Source of the DNA: Gemmatimonadales bacterium
GTDB lineage: Bacteria; Gemmatimonadota; Gemmatimonadetes; Gemmatimonadales; GWC2-71-9
Direction of reading: 5' to 3'
Length of the DNA stretch: 64,000 nucleotides
NCBI GenBank assembly: GCA_037189525.1
Contig: JBBCJC010000002.1
Coordinates: forward strand, 1,248,001 to 1,312,000
Part shown: positions 35,701 to 45,988 of the stretch, piece after piece
How the letters are laid out: each line of letters starts with the position of its first letter
Position numbering within the stretch: position 1 is the first letter of the stretch
The notes under the pieces: generated by a model
What the model was told of the DNA's origin: nothing
Seen by the model: only the letters and a program-made list of their open reading frames with translations
The model's database searches: none
Translations under genes and position numbers: made by a program

Positions 35701-36128
35701 TCGTCGTTGCGCTTTCGTTGCTGGCAGGTCTGGCCCTCGTCGTCGGAATCGGGGCGCCGGCTGCATCCGCCGAGCTCCGGGCCGGCAGGATGGCGTTTAC
35801 GGAGCTGGTCGTTCGCCAGGCGGCCGAGGGTGAGTTGGCGCGGTGGTTCGAGGGGGATTGGGCCGCAGCGGCTCCGGCGATGTTACCGGGAGAAGGGCAG
35901 TCGTTTCCGAGTGATTCGGTCGATGCGCGGACGGTGGTCGAACGCCGGCTCGTTCGGGTGTCGCCGACGCTCTGGATGCTGCAGGTTCGGGTGGTTGAGC
36001 GCGACCTGACCGCGCGAGATCTTGCAGCGAGTTACCAGGCCCTCCTGGTCGGGCTCCGGCGGGAGGCCGGCGATTCGGTTCTCACCCGGTATCGAATTGC
36101 CCGTCCCTGGGTCCAGGCGCACCAATAG
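35697..36128 (+). CDS. PilX-like hypothetical protein
   Basis: Hydrophobic N-terminus, AAEG motif, ATGA overlap, position after the PilW-like gene. Confidence 0.55.
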   Translation: MIVVALSLLAGLALVVGIGAPAASAELRAGRMAFTELVVRQAAEGELARWFEGDWAAAAPAMLPGEGQSFPSDSVDARTVVERRLVRVSPTLWMLQVRVVERDLTARDLAASYQALLVGLRREAGDSVLTRYRIARPWVQAHQ

Positions 36129-36277
36129 CGGTTCGCGGCGGCTAGTGGACTTTGCAGTGATTCCCGGCGGTGACCGGAAGTCGTCTCCCATAACCGGCTC
36201 GGCTTCTGACTCGTAACTTGTTGTCGAGAAATGGGATAGTGCGGGACATGCGGAGGATCGCACCGGGCTGCCACGGT

Positions 36278-36293
36278 TGGCATAACGGTTGCC
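36278..36293 (+). promoter_or_regulatory. Putative sigma54 promoter upstream of pilM
   Basis: TGGCAT-AACGG-TTGCC (GG-N10-GC spacing). Confidence 0.6.
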
Positions 36294-36374
36294 CGCCACC
36301 ACATTACTTGTTTACACCAGCGGCTGGATGCCGCCTGATGGTCAAGGGCGGGGGCTCAGGGTGTCTAGTAGCTC

Positions 36375-36387
36375 TAAAGTGTTGATA
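36375..36387 (-). promoter_or_regulatory. IHF-consensus site
   Basis: Minus strand TATCAA-CACT-TTA matches WATCAA-N4-TTR. Confidence 0.5.
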
Positions 36388-36428
36388 AACAAAGACTTGA
36401 GTGACGAGACCGCGATCGGGTCGTCGGC

Positions 36429-36457
36429 TTGACAAAAGTTTGCACTATTCCTAGCGT
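36429..36457 (+). promoter_or_regulatory. sigma70-type promoter of pilM
   Basis: TTGACA-17 bp-TAGCGT. Confidence 0.65.
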
Positions 36458-36489
36458 GACCGTCAACCATCTAGCCACTTGGGCGAGAC

Positions 36490-37533
36490 ATGGCACTGTT
36501 TAACCGCACCCGAACCACGGTCGGTCTCGATATCGGGAGCGGCCTCATCAAGCTCGCGGTGATCTCGCATGGCTCCGGTGAGCCGGTCCTGTCGAAGGTT
36601 GCCATGGCGACAGTCGTGGATGACGCGATCGTCGAAGGCGAAGTGATGGACCCTGGCATCGTGTCGGAGGCCATTCGCAGCCTCTTTGCCGAGGCCGGGA
36701 TCAAGCCGAAGAACGTGGTGACCGCGGTTGGTGGGCGCGACGTGATCATCAAAAAGATCCCGATGGACCGGATGAAGGAGAACGAAGCGCGCGAGCTGAT
36801 CCGCTGGGAAGCGGAGCAGCATGTGCCGTTCGACATGGACAACGTCGAACTCGATTTCCAGATCCTCGATCCGGAGTCGGAAGGTCTGCAGATGTCGGTG
36901 CTGCTGGTTGCCGCCAAACGGGAACTGGTCGAGACCAAGGTCTCGCTGCTCAAAGAAATCGGGGTCGACCCGTCGGTCATCGACGTCGACGCCTTTGCGC
37001 TCCATAACGCGTTCGAGGTCAACTACCCGGATGCGATGAAGGGTGTGGTCGGCCTGGTCAACATCGGCCACGAAGTCACCAACGTCAATATCCTCGACGA
37101 AGGCGTTCCGGTGCTGACGCGCGACCTGCCGATCGGGACTCGGCGGTTCCGCGAAGATCTGCAGCGGGAACGCGGTCTTTCGTCCGATGAAGCTGCCAAG
37201 TTGCTCCAGGGGTTCGAAGTCTCGGATGTGCTGACGCCCTTCCTCCAGAGCCGAGGCGAAGAACTCGCCGTCGGGATCGAGCGGGCCGCCGCCTTTCTGC
37301 AGACGTCCAGCCGTTCCACGGCCGGGTTGAGCCGGCTCTTTCTCTCGGGTGGTGGCGCGCGGATTCCCGGACTCGCCAAAGTCCTGGGCGATCGGCTCAA
37401 GATGCCGGTCCAGCTCGCCAATCCGATCGAACGGATCCAGGTGGCCGACGGAGTGTTCGATCAGTTGAACGTGGACGAAGTCGCCCCGCTGCTCATGCTG
37501 CCGGTGGGCTTGGCGCTGCGGCAGGCAGCCTGA
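36490..37533 (+). CDS. pilM: Type IV pilus assembly protein PilM
   Basis: VGLDIGS..IK, EAEQHVPF, LDFQIL, VLLVAAK, LSGGGA, VGLALR. Confidence 0.95.
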   Translation: MALFNRTRTTVGLDIGSGLIKLAVISHGSGEPVLSKVAMATVVDDAIVEGEVMDPGIVSEAIRSLFAEAGIKPKNVVTAVGGRDVIIKKIPMDRMKENEARELIRWEAEQHVPFDMDNVELDFQILDPESEGLQMSVLLVAAKRELVETKVSLLKEIGVDPSVIDVDAFALHNAFEVNYPDAMKGVVGLVNIGHEVTNVNILDEGVPVLTRDLPIGTRRFREDLQRERGLSSDEAAKLLQGFEVSDVLTPFLQSRGEELAVGIERAAAFLQTSSRSTAGLSRLFLSGGGARIPGLAKVLGDRLKMPVQLANPIERIQVADGVFDQLNVDEVAPLLMLPVGLALRQAA

Positions 37534-37558
37534 TCGTAGAGGAGAGGGTTCGACGACG

Positions 37559-38275
37559 ATGATTGAAATCAATCTCAAACCGGGTGCGAAGCGAGCCCGC
37601 GCGGGGTCGCCCGTTGCGGGCGTACTCGCGCAGCTCAAGAGCGCCGGTCAGAAGATCAAGGATCCCACCCGGCTGGCGGCGCTCGCGTTGAGCGTCGCGT
37701 GGCTCGGCTATGTCGGTGTTGCCCAGCTCACGACGTCGAATGAACTGGCCAACCTCGAACCCAAGCTGGAACAGGCGCGCGCCGAGCATCAGCGGTTCCG
37801 GGCCTTCCTGGGCGAAAAGCGCCGACTCGAGTCCGTGCGTGATTCGATCCAGGCCCAGATCCGGACCATCAACACGGTCGACGGCGACCGCTACATCTGG
37901 CCTCGGATCCTCGACGAAGTGGCGCGCGCGGTTCCTCCGTACACCTGGCTCACCGACGTCCAGACCGTCTCGGTTACCGCGGCGGCGGCGCCGGCCGATA
38001 CCACGGCCCCGATTGTGCCGCCGGTCCAGATCTCCATCAGTGGCCGGACCGTCGATATCCAGGGCTACACGCGGTTGCTGCGCCAGCTCGAAGACTCGCC
38101 TTATCTGAGCGAGGTTACCGCCATCTCGGCCAATACGGTCCTCGAACGGGAGCGGGCGGTTACCGCCTTCGTCCTGCGGGCGACCTACCAGCGCCCCAAT
38201 GCGCCGTCGCGGGCCACCGGACAGGGTGAGGTGAACACTCCGGGCACCACCACCGTCGCGCAGCGGGAGGACTGA
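37559..38275 (+). CDS. pilN: Type IV pilus assembly protein PilN
   Basis: MIEINL motif, TM segment, coiled coil, W..ILDEV...VP..WLT. Confidence 0.9.
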   Translation: MIEINLKPGAKRARAGSPVAGVLAQLKSAGQKIKDPTRLAALALSVAWLGYVGVAQLTTSNELANLEPKLEQARAEHQRFRAFLGEKRRLESVRDSIQAQIRTINTVDGDRYIWPRILDEVARAVPPYTWLTDVQTVSVTAAAAPADTTAPIVPPVQISISGRTVDIQGYTRLLRQLEDSPYLSEVTAISANTVLERERAVTAFVLRATYQRPNAPSRATGQGEVNTPGTTTVAQRED

Positions 38276-38278
38276 GCC

Positions 38279-38917
38279 ATGGCATTACTCGACAATCCCA
38301 AAGCCGCTCCGTTGCTCGGCGTCGTATTTGCCGGCCTGATCGGATACCTCTTCTACTCCGGTGAAGCGGTCAGCGCCATCGGGGTGCAGGGCGTGCCCGC
38401 CAAGCAGGAGCAGGTCAAGATGGTGCAGGATTCGATCACCATGCTCGAGGCCCAGACCGATAGCGTCAAGCGTGATCTGGCCCGCGGCACCATCGAAGAG
38501 CTCAAGACGCGGATCGAATCGAACCGCAACACGCTCTCGCTGCTCCGGCAGCTGGTGCCGGAGCGGAATGAGGTGCCCAACCTGCTCGACGACATCTCGA
38601 CGCGAGCCAAGATTCGGGGCGTCGATCTGGCGCAGGTGGTGCCGCAGCCGGTGGTTGCAGGCCCGGCGCCGTTCGATACCTACAGCTACAACCTTGCGGT
38701 GGTCGGCCGCTATGACCAGATCGGCGAGTTCCTCTCGGATATCGCCAGCTTGCGCCGAATCATCGTGCCGTACGACGTGACCGTTGCTTCGGCGCAGGTC
38801 GCGCATGCCCGCGCGCTTGGTGACACCACCCGCGCGGTGCTCGAGGCTCGGTTTCAGATTCGGACTTACGTGAAGGGCCAGGCGGCGACGCCGGAAGGAG
38901 GCCACAATGGCCACTAA
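38279..38917 (+). CDS. pilO: Type IV pilus assembly protein PilO
   Basis: LVP..NEVPNLLDDIS, VVGRYDQIGEFLSDIASLRRII. Confidence 0.9.
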   Translation: MALLDNPKAAPLLGVVFAGLIGYLFYSGEAVSAIGVQGVPAKQEQVKMVQDSITMLEAQTDSVKRDLARGTIEELKTRIESNRNTLSLLRQLVPERNEVPNLLDDISTRAKIRGVDLAQVVPQPVVAGPAPFDTYSYNLAVVGRYDQIGEFLSDIASLRRIIVPYDVTVASAQVAHARALGDTTRAVLEARFQIRTYVKGQAATPEGGHNGH

Positions 38918-39461
38918 GACCCTGCTCGGCCTGGGAAGCGCGCTTGCGCTGGCCCTGACCGCATGCGGTGGCGATGACGACGGCGATGCCAAGCGGGCGG
39001 CGCTCACCCCTGCCACAGTTGCCGTAGCGGATTCCGCGACCGTTGCGGCCGCGACGCCTCCGGCGCCGGCTGCCGACTCCGCGGCTCTGCCGCTCGATTC
39101 GGCCGGTACGTCGGCCGAGTCCGTCGCGACGAACGAGGAAGAGACGCTCGGACGTGAAAGCTTCTCCTATGGCGGCGGGAGCCGCGACCCGTTCCAGTCG
39201 CTGCTGGCGACCAGCCGGGTTGGACCGGAGCTGCCGGATCTCATCCTCGTCGCGATCTACTACGACACGCGCTCGACCAGCGGCAGTGTGGTCGTGATGC
39301 GCGAAAAGGTCGGCAATCGGAAGTACAATCTCCGTCCCGGCGATCGCCTCGGACGGATGCGGCTTACCAGCGTTCGGCCCAAAGACGTCACCTTCACCAT
39401 CGATGACTTCGGAACGGAGCGTCAGGAAACCGTGTCGCTTCGCAAGCAGGAGGAGAACTAA
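38907..39461 (+). CDS. pilP: PilP-like lipoprotein
   Basis: LTAC lipobox, FSY...RDPF motif, position between pilO and pilQ. Confidence 0.78.
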   Translation: MATKTLLGLGSALALALTACGGDDDGDAKRAALTPATVAVADSATVAAATPPAPAADSAALPLDSAGTSAESVATNEEETLGRESFSYGGGSRDPFQSLLATSRVGPELPDLILVAIYYDTRSTSGSVVVMREKVGNRKYNLRPGDRLGRMRLTSVRPKDVTFTIDDFGTERQETVSLRKQEEN

Positions 39462-41333
39462 ATGAGGTTCAGTTCCTGGTCGGTCATGGCGGCCGCCGTG
39501 TTGACATTGGGCGGCGTACCGACCTCTCGGGCAGCGGTGCCGAGTGGTGAAGTCCGCGCGGTCAGTCTGCGGTCGGTCGAAGGGGGTGCCGAGCTGGCAA
39601 TTCGGATTCAAGGAGCCGTGTCGGTCACCGACATGACCCTCGCGGATCCGGCCCGGATCGTCCTCGATCTTCAGGGCGCCACGCTTCCGTCGGACGTGCG
39701 CGATCAGTACGACGGCGTCAACCGCGCCGGCGTCATCGGCATGCGGGTGCGCCAGTTCAGCGACGAAGTCGTCCGGGTCGTGCTCGTGATGGATCGGATG
39801 AAGCCCTACACGGTCATTCGCGGCGACGACGAGATCCGGGTCGCCTTCGGAGCCGATCAGGCCTTCGTCGCATGGTCCACCGGTTCGCTGATGGCCTCGG
39901 CGCTGCCGCCCGTGGCGGCGACGCCGGCCGTCGGTCGTACGGTTGCCGCGCAGGTCGTCGAGCCGGCCGCTGAAGAAGTTCAGGTGCGTCCCGCCGTCGC
40001 GACTGCCGACGCCCCGGCCGAACGGACCCTGTCGCGCGTGGCGCGGCCGTCGGTCTTCTCGCCGGCGGTGATGCAGCAGGAGCCGCGGCTCACGGTCAGC
40101 TGGGACAACGCCACCATCCAGGACGTCGTCTCGGGCTTCCAGGCCATCAGCGGCCGCTCCATCATCCTCGGTAAGAACATCGACGCGCGGATCACCGCCG
40201 AAATTCGTGATAAGCCGTGGCCCGATGCGTTCAAGGCCATCCTGGGCGCGTACGGTCTGTCGGTGCAGGAAGTCGAAGGTGGCATCCTTCGGGTCGACGC
40301 GCCGGAAACGCTGGCGGCCATCGATTCCCTGGAGCCGCTCGAGACCGCCGTCGTCAAGATCAACTATGCCAGCGCCGGCGAACTGGTCGAGACCGTCAAG
40401 AGCGTGATGCCGATGGGGTCGCGTTCCCGGGTGGTCGCCGATACCGGCAGCAACTCGCTGATCATCACCGGCCCGCGTTCGACCGTGCCTAACGTGCGCG
40501 ACTTCGTGACCGGGCTCGACATTCGCCCGGCCCAGATTGCGATCCAGGCCAAGATCATCTTCGTGGATCGCACCGATGTCGAGCAGCTCGGCTTCAAGTA
40601 CGATCTCGGGTCTGGGTCGCAGTTCTACAACCGGCTGATCCAGCGTCCCGATCCGACCAAGGAAGGCGAGCCGTACGCCTCGGGCGTCAACATCGTCGAC
40701 CTGGGTGGTAACGCCATCTCGGCCATCGGTAATGCCGACGCGACGATCCAGTCGGCGGCGCTCGACCTGACGTACTCGATTGCTCTGGGTGGGTTTACCC
40801 TGACGAGCTTCCTCAACGCGCTCGAGCGGGTCGATCTGACCGACGTGCAGACCGAGCCGATCATCACCACCAAGGACAACAAGAAGGCCACCTTGCTGGT
40901 CGGTGAAGAAATTCCGGTCCGGGTTGTCGACGCGAGTTCGATCGGTGGCGGCGCAGGCCAGGCTCCGCGCGCCACGGTTCAGTGGAAGGAAGTCGGCATC
41001 AAGCTGGACGTCACGCCGCACGTGACCAACAACCGGCAGATCGTCCTCAACATCGAAACCGAACGTTCGGCTGTGAAACCGCTCTCGGCGGCGGACCTCG
41101 GCTTCAGCATCGACAAACAGTTCACCAAGAACGAAATCCTGGTGAGCGATGGCGAAACCGCGGTCATTGGCGGCCTCACGGTCACCACGGTGACCCGCGC
41201 CAAGACGGGGATTCCGCTCCTCTCGAGCCTGCCGCTCCTGGGCAGCTTGTTCAGCTTCACGTCGAACACCGAGAACCGGAAAGACCTGATCATCCTGGTC
41301 ACCCCGCGTATCGTGGACGACCAGGGCCGGTAA
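39462..41333 (+). CDS. pilQ: Type IV pilus secretin with AMIN domain
   Basis: AMIN (LADPARIVLDL, VRVVL), KINYA, QIAIQAKI, GIKLDVTPHV, DGETAVIGG, LIILVTPRIV. Confidence 0.94.
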   Translation: MRFSSWSVMAAAVLTLGGVPTSRAAVPSGEVRAVSLRSVEGGAELAIRIQGAVSVTDMTLADPARIVLDLQGATLPSDVRDQYDGVNRAGVIGMRVRQFSDEVVRVVLVMDRMKPYTVIRGDDEIRVAFGADQAFVAWSTGSLMASALPPVAATPAVGRTVAAQVVEPAAEEVQVRPAVATADAPAERTLSRVARPSVFSPAVMQQEPRLTVSWDNATIQDVVSGFQAISGRSIILGKNIDARITAEIRDKPWPDAFKAILGAYGLSVQEVEGGILRVDAPETLAAIDSLEPLETAVVKINYASAGELVETVKSVMPMGSRSRVVADTGSNSLIITGPRSTVPNVRDFVTGLDIRPAQIAIQAKIIFVDRTDVEQLGFKYDLGSGSQFYNRLIQRPDPTKEGEPYASGVNIVDLGGNAISAIGNADATIQSAALDLTYSIALGGFTLTSFLNALERVDLTDVQTEPIITTKDNKKATLLVGEEIPVRVVDASSIGGGAGQAPRATVQWKEVGIKLDVTPHVTNNRQIVLNIETERSAVKPLSAADLGFSIDKQFTKNEILVSDGETAVIGGLTVTTVTRAKTGIPLLSSLPLLGSLFSFTSNTENRKDLIILVTPRIVDDQGR

Positions 41334-41380
41334 ACGTATCGAGGTTAGTTCCAGGGGATTCGCTCGTCCCGATCCCTAAC

Positions 41381-41422
41381 GACCGCCGGGCCGTTCGTCT
41401 GAACGGTCCGGCGGTCACTTTT
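41381..41422 (+). terminator. Rho-independent terminator of pilMNOPQ
   Basis: GACCGCCGGGCCGTTC-GTCT-GAACGGTCCGGCGGTC-ACTTTT. Confidence 0.85.
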
Positions 41423-41486
41423 GTGGCCTCTCTCGGGGCGAAATCCCGGCGTCTCGGCCGTCCGTACGATTGGTTACTTTTCCGAG

Positions 41487-42686
41487 ATGCATTTTCGTTT
41501 TTCGACAGCAGGGGAATCGCACGGGAAGGCGTTCGTCGCCACCGTCGAAGGGGTGCCCGCCGGGCTCGAGCTCGAGGCGGGGTGGGTCAATCGCGACCTT
41601 GCCCGCCGGATGCAGGGCCATGGCCGCGGCGCCCGGATGAAGATCGAGGCCGACGCGATCGAGTTTCTGGCCGGTGTCAGGGCGGGGCAGACGCTCGGGT
41701 CGCCGATTGCGATGCTGATCCCGAACCGCGATTGGGACAACTGGGTCGATGTGATGGCGGCTGAGGGGACCGGTGAGGTCCGCCGGCGCCGGGTGACCCG
41801 GCCGCGTCCCGGCCATGCGGACCTGGTAGGTGTCCTCAAGTACGATCGGATCGACGCCAGGGACATCCTGGAGCGCGCCAGCGCCCGGGAAACGGTCGCG
41901 CGCGTGGCGGCGGGGGCGGTTGCCAAGCGGCTGCTGGACCAGTGCGGTATCCGGGTCGGCAGCCATGTGGTCTCGCTCGGCGGGATCAGGTGTACCGCGC
42001 CGGAACGGCTGCCCGAGGACCTCAATGCCGCGGCGGATGCTTCCCCGGTGCGGGTGCTCGATTCGGTGGCGGAACGCGAGATCATCGCCCGGATCGACGC
42101 CGCCAAGAAGGCCGGCGACACCTTGGGCGGTGAGGTCGAGGTGGTCGTGACCGGCCTCCCCGTGGGGCTGGGCAGCCACGTAGCCTGGGACCGCAAGCTG
42201 GACGGACGCTTGGCGGGCATTCTGATGGCCATTCCGGCGGTCAAGGGGGTTGAAATCGGGTTGGGCTTCGAAGCCGCCCGTCGGCCGGGTTCCGAGGTCC
42301 ACGACCCGATTGCAGCCCCCGAGCCGCGCCATGTCGATCGTCGCGGCGGATTCACGCGGGCCACGAACCGCGCGGGCGGGCTCGAGGGCGGGATCACCAC
42401 CGGTGAGCCGCTGGTCGTCCGGATTGCCAAGAAGCCGATTGCCACGCTGATGAGTCCGCTTGCTACGGTCGATCTGCTGACCGGCAAGCCGGCGCAGGCC
42501 GCCAGTGAACGTTCGGACGTGACGGCGGTACCGGCGCTCGGGGTCATTGCCGAGAGCATGGTTGCGGTCGTGCTGGCCGACGCGATGCTGGAAAAGTTCG
42601 GGGGCGACTCGATGGGCGAACTGGAACGGAACCTGGAAAGCTACCTGGCCGGGCTGGGCCGCCGCTGGTCGCCGCCGGATTCGTGA
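41487..42686 (+). CDS. aroC: Chorismate synthase
   Basis: TAGESHG, RPRPGHAD, ERASARET, NRAGGLEGGIT, ERSD. Confidence 0.97.
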   Translation: MHFRFSTAGESHGKAFVATVEGVPAGLELEAGWVNRDLARRMQGHGRGARMKIEADAIEFLAGVRAGQTLGSPIAMLIPNRDWDNWVDVMAAEGTGEVRRRRVTRPRPGHADLVGVLKYDRIDARDILERASARETVARVAAGAVAKRLLDQCGIRVGSHVVSLGGIRCTAPERLPEDLNAAADASPVRVLDSVAEREIIARIDAAKKAGDTLGGEVEVVVTGLPVGLGSHVAWDRKLDGRLAGILMAIPAVKGVEIGLGFEAARRPGSEVHDPIAAPEPRHVDRRGGFTRATNRAGGLEGGITTGEPLVVRIAKKPIATLMSPLATVDLLTGKPAQAASERSDVTAVPALGVIAESMVAVVLADAMLEKFGGDSMGELERNLESYLAGLGRRWSPPDS

Positions 42687-42693
42687 GGCCGGT

Positions 42694-43212
42694 GTGGTCC
42701 ACGTGGTGTTGATCGGGTTGCCTGGCGCCGGGAAGTCGACGGTGGGTCGTCTCCTGGCCGACCGGCTCGGTACGCATTGGACCGACATCGATCCGTTGCT
42801 CGAGCTGGCGACCGGACAATCGGTCGGCGAGCTCTTCGCATCCGAAGGCGAGCCGGCCTTCCGGGTCAGAGAGCACCGGGCGGTGATCGAGGCGCTGCGG
42901 CTGCCGCCGCACGTCGTCACCCCGGGCGGCGGGTGGGCAGCTCAGCCCGGGAATCTGGCTTCAGTAGGCGGGCAGGCTTTCGTCGTTCACCTCGCGGTGG
43001 ATCCGGACGAGGCCGCGGCACGCCTGGCCGATGATCGCTCGCGCCCGCTGCTGGCCGGGGGCGACCGCCATGAGCGGCTCGCAGCTCTGGCCCGGCAGCG
43101 GCTGCCCTGGTACCGCCAGGCGGAGGCGGAGGTCGACGTGACCGGCGTCAGCGCGGAGTCGGTAGCGGACACGCTGCTCGGCATGGCCCGGGCGCAGGCG
43201 GGGTGGCCGTGA
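42694..43212 (+). CDS. aroK: Shikimate kinase
   Basis: LIGLPGAGKSTVG, D.D, GEPAFR, GGG, RPLL. Confidence 0.93.
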   Translation: MVHVVLIGLPGAGKSTVGRLLADRLGTHWTDIDPLLELATGQSVGELFASEGEPAFRVREHRAVIEALRLPPHVVTPGGGWAAQPGNLASVGGQAFVVHLAVDPDEAAARLADDRSRPLLAGGDRHERLAALARQRLPWYRQAEAEVDVTGVSAESVADTLLGMARAQAGWP

Positions 43213-44510
43213 GTCTTCGCGCGACGGTCATCGGCGGCGGCCTTGCCGGGTCGGAAGCTGCCTGGGCGCTGGCCGAGCGGGGGGTCGCGGTCACCCTCCA
43301 CGAGATGCGCCCGGCCGTCCCGACTCCTGCGCACCAGACGGGTCGGCTCGCGGAACTGGTCTGCAGCAACTCCTTCAAATCGGTTGAAACGGCCAATGCG
43401 CACGGGCTGCTGAAGGCGGAGCTACGGTCGCTGGGCAGCTTGCTGCTGACCGCAGCCGATCTGGCCCGGGTGCCCGGCGGGGCGGCGCTGGTGGTGGACC
43501 GCGAGATTTTCTCCGGTGAAGTCGACGCGCGGATCCGTGCACATCCCAACATCACCGTTGTTGCCGGCGAAGCAACCGAGTTGCCTCGTCCGGGCATTGT
43601 CGCGACGGGGCCGCTGACCTCCGATCGGCTGGCTACCGCCATTGCTGAGGAACTGGGTACCGGTGCGCTCGCCTTCTACGACGCCATCGCCCCGATCGTC
43701 TCGGCCGAGAGCCTCGATCATGAGATGCTCTACGCCATGTCGCGCTACGGCAAGGGTGACGGCGATGACTATCTCAACGCGCCGATGACCGAGGAACAGT
43801 ATGGCGCGTTCCTCGCCGCGTTGAGTGGCGGCGACCAGTTTACCGCGCACGAATTCGATCAGGTGCCGTACTTCGAAGGGTGCCTGCCGGTGGAAGAGAT
43901 GGCCTCTCGGGGCCCGGAAACGTTGCGGTTCGGACCGATGAAGCCGGTCGGCCTGCGCGATCCGCGAACCGGCAGGATTCCCCACGCCGTGGTGCAACTG
44001 CGCCGGGAGGACCGGGCTGGCCAGATGTGGAATCTGGTCGGCTTTCAGACCCGGCTGCGTATCCCCGAGCAGCAGCGCGTCTTCCGGATGATTCCCGGAC
44101 TCGAGCACGCCGAGTTTCTCCGGTACGGGAGCATCCACCGCAACGCCTATGTCAACAGCCCAGGAGCGCTCGGACCCGGGCTGACCCGTGGTGCGGAGCA
44201 ACCGGTCTTCTTTGCGGGCCAGTTGACCGGGGTCGAGGGCTATACCGAATCGTTGGGCACCGGGATCATGGCGGGAATCAACCTCCACCGGGTCCTGACG
44301 GGGCAGCCGATTGCGGTGCCGCCGCCGACCACGATGTTAGGCGGTCTCTATCGCTACCTGGCCGAGGCGGACCCGAAGCACTTCCAGCCGATGAACGCGA
44401 ACTTCGGGTTGCTCGATCCGCTCGACGGCGCGGTCAAGAAGGCGGACCGCCGGGCGGCGTTGGTGACGCGGGCGGAACGGGATTTTGCCGCCTGGCGGGA
44501 GGCGCTGTGA
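43209..44510 (+). CDS. trmFO: tRNA (uracil-5-)-methyltransferase TrmFO
   Basis: GGGLAGSEAA, ELVCSNS, FEGCLPVE, FGPMKPVGL, NLVGFQT, FAGQLTGVEGY. Confidence 0.96.
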   Translation: MSLRATVIGGGLAGSEAAWALAERGVAVTLHEMRPAVPTPAHQTGRLAELVCSNSFKSVETANAHGLLKAELRSLGSLLLTAADLARVPGGAALVVDREIFSGEVDARIRAHPNITVVAGEATELPRPGIVATGPLTSDRLATAIAEELGTGALAFYDAIAPIVSAESLDHEMLYAMSRYGKGDGDDYLNAPMTEEQYGAFLAALSGGDQFTAHEFDQVPYFEGCLPVEEMASRGPETLRFGPMKPVGLRDPRTGRIPHAVVQLRREDRAGQMWNLVGFQTRLRIPEQQRVFRMIPGLEHAEFLRYGSIHRNAYVNSPGALGPGLTRGAEQPVFFAGQLTGVEGYTESLGTGIMAGINLHRVLTGQPIAVPPPTTMLGGLYRYLAEADPKHFQPMNANFGLLDPLDGAVKKADRRAALVTRAERDFAAWREAL

Positions 44511-45421
44511 GCGACAACGCCACCCTGCTCACCGATTTCCTCGACCACCTGGCGCGAGAGCGCGACCAGTCGCCGCATACGGTTGCTGCGTATCGGCGCG
44601 ACCTGACGGCCTTTGCCAAGTTTGCGGGGCACTACTACGGCGAGTGGACCTGGGCGGCGGTCGATCGGCTCGGTGTGCGCGGCTACCTGGGTGATTTCGA
44701 GCGCCGAGGACTGACCCGCCGGTCCGCGGCGCGGGCGCTCTCCGCCCTGCGCTCGTTTTACACCTTTCTGTCCGTGCATCACGGCATCAGCAACGGCGTG
44801 GCGCGCGCGGCGCGGATCCCCAAGATCGAAAAGCGGCTGCCGACGCACCTGCGGCGCGAGCAGACCGAAGCGGTCTTCGCTGCGGCGGAAACGGGCGGCG
44901 CCGAGGGACGTTTTGGGCCGGTGCGCGACTGGGCCATGCTCGAACTGTTCTACTCGAGCGGATTGCGCCTCTCGGAGCTGGCCGGCGCCGACCTGCGCGA
45001 TCTCGATCTGCTCTCGAATCAGATCCGGGTGCGCGGCAAGGGCCGGAAGGAGCGGATCGTTCCGGTCGGCAGGCAGGCCGAGCGAGCCTTGCGGCAGTAT
45101 CTGGAATTTCGCGAGGCGCTCCTTCGCGAGGTCGCGGGCGATCGCCGCGCGTTATTTCTCTCCCGTCGGGGCACTCGGCTCGCGCCGCGGAGTGTGCAGC
45201 GCCGAATCCATGGCCTCTACCGGGCGGCGGGGGTCGAGGGGCAGCGGGTCCATTCGCTCCGACATACCTTTGCGACGGATCTGATGGATGCGGGGGCAGA
45301 CTTGAGGGCGGTCCAGGAACTGCTCGGCCATGCCTCACTCGGCACCACCCAGATCTACACGCATACCAGTGTCGAGCGGCTCAAAGATGTGTATCGCAAA
45401 GCCCACCCCCGGGCTGGCTAG
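44507..45421 (+). CDS. xerC: Tyrosine recombinase XerC
   Basis: SPHTVAAYRRDL, SGLRLSE, GKGRKER, HSLRHTFAT, LLGHASLGTTQIY, HPRA. Confidence 0.92.
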   Translation: MSDNATLLTDFLDHLARERDQSPHTVAAYRRDLTAFAKFAGHYYGEWTWAAVDRLGVRGYLGDFERRGLTRRSAARALSALRSFYTFLSVHHGISNGVARAARIPKIEKRLPTHLRREQTEAVFAAAETGGAEGRFGPVRDWAMLELFYSSGLRLSELAGADLRDLDLLSNQIRVRGKGRKERIVPVGRQAERALRQYLEFREALLREVAGDRRALFLSRRGTRLAPRSVQRRIHGLYRAAGVEGQRVHSLRHTFATDLMDAGADLRAVQELLGHASLGTTQIYTHTSVERLKDVYRKAHPRAG

Positions 45422-45433
45422 AAGGAATCCAGG

Positions 45434-45988
45434 ATGGGACATCCGATAGAATTTCACGGGACCACGATTGCCTGCGTTCGGAAGGACGGCCGTGTCGCGC
45501 TGGGCGGCGACGGGCAGGTGACGATGGGTGACACGGTCATGAAGGCCACCGCCAACAAGGTGCGCCTGCTCAAGGGCGGCCGGGTCGTAGCCGGTTTTGC
45601 GGGATCGGTGGCCGATGCGTTGACGCTGTTCGAGCGTTTCGAGGAGAAGCTCGATCGCTATCCGGCCAACCTGCCGCGGGCTGCCGTCGAGCTTGCCAAG
45701 GATTGGCGCGGCGACCGGGTCCTCCGCCGCCTCGAAGCATTGCTGCTGGCCGCGGATGTGGAGCACACCTTCCTGTTGAGCGGTTCGGGTGAGGTATTCG
45801 AGGCGGATGATGGCGTGCTCGCGGTCGGGTCCGGCGGCAACTTTGCGCTGGCCGCCGCGCGCGCCCTCCTGCCCGATCCCAGCAAGTCGGCGCGGGAGAT
45901 CGTCGAACGGTCGCTCGAGATCGCGGCGGAAATCTGCATCTATTCCAATCGTAACCTGACGATTCTCGAACTCCCGGTCCGGTCATGA
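45434..45988 (+). CDS. hslV: ATP-dependent protease subunit HslV
   Basis: TTI after a short propeptide, GDGQVT, GFAGS.ADA, AKDWR.DR.LRRLEA, GSGG. Confidence 0.97.
   Translation: MGHPIEFHGTTIACVRKDGRVALGGDGQVTMGDTVMKATANKVRLLKGGRVVAGFAGSVADALTLFERFEEKLDRYPANLPRAAVELAKDWRGDRVLRRLEALLLAADVEHTFLLSGSGEVFEADDGVLAVGSGGNFALAAARALLPDPSKSAREIVERSLEIAAEICIYSNRNLTILELPVRS

Noticed and set aside
44507..45421. Tyrosine recombinase as an integrase of a mobile element
   Set aside because: It has XerC features in the housekeeping trmFO-xerC-hslVU context, with no att sites or cargo.
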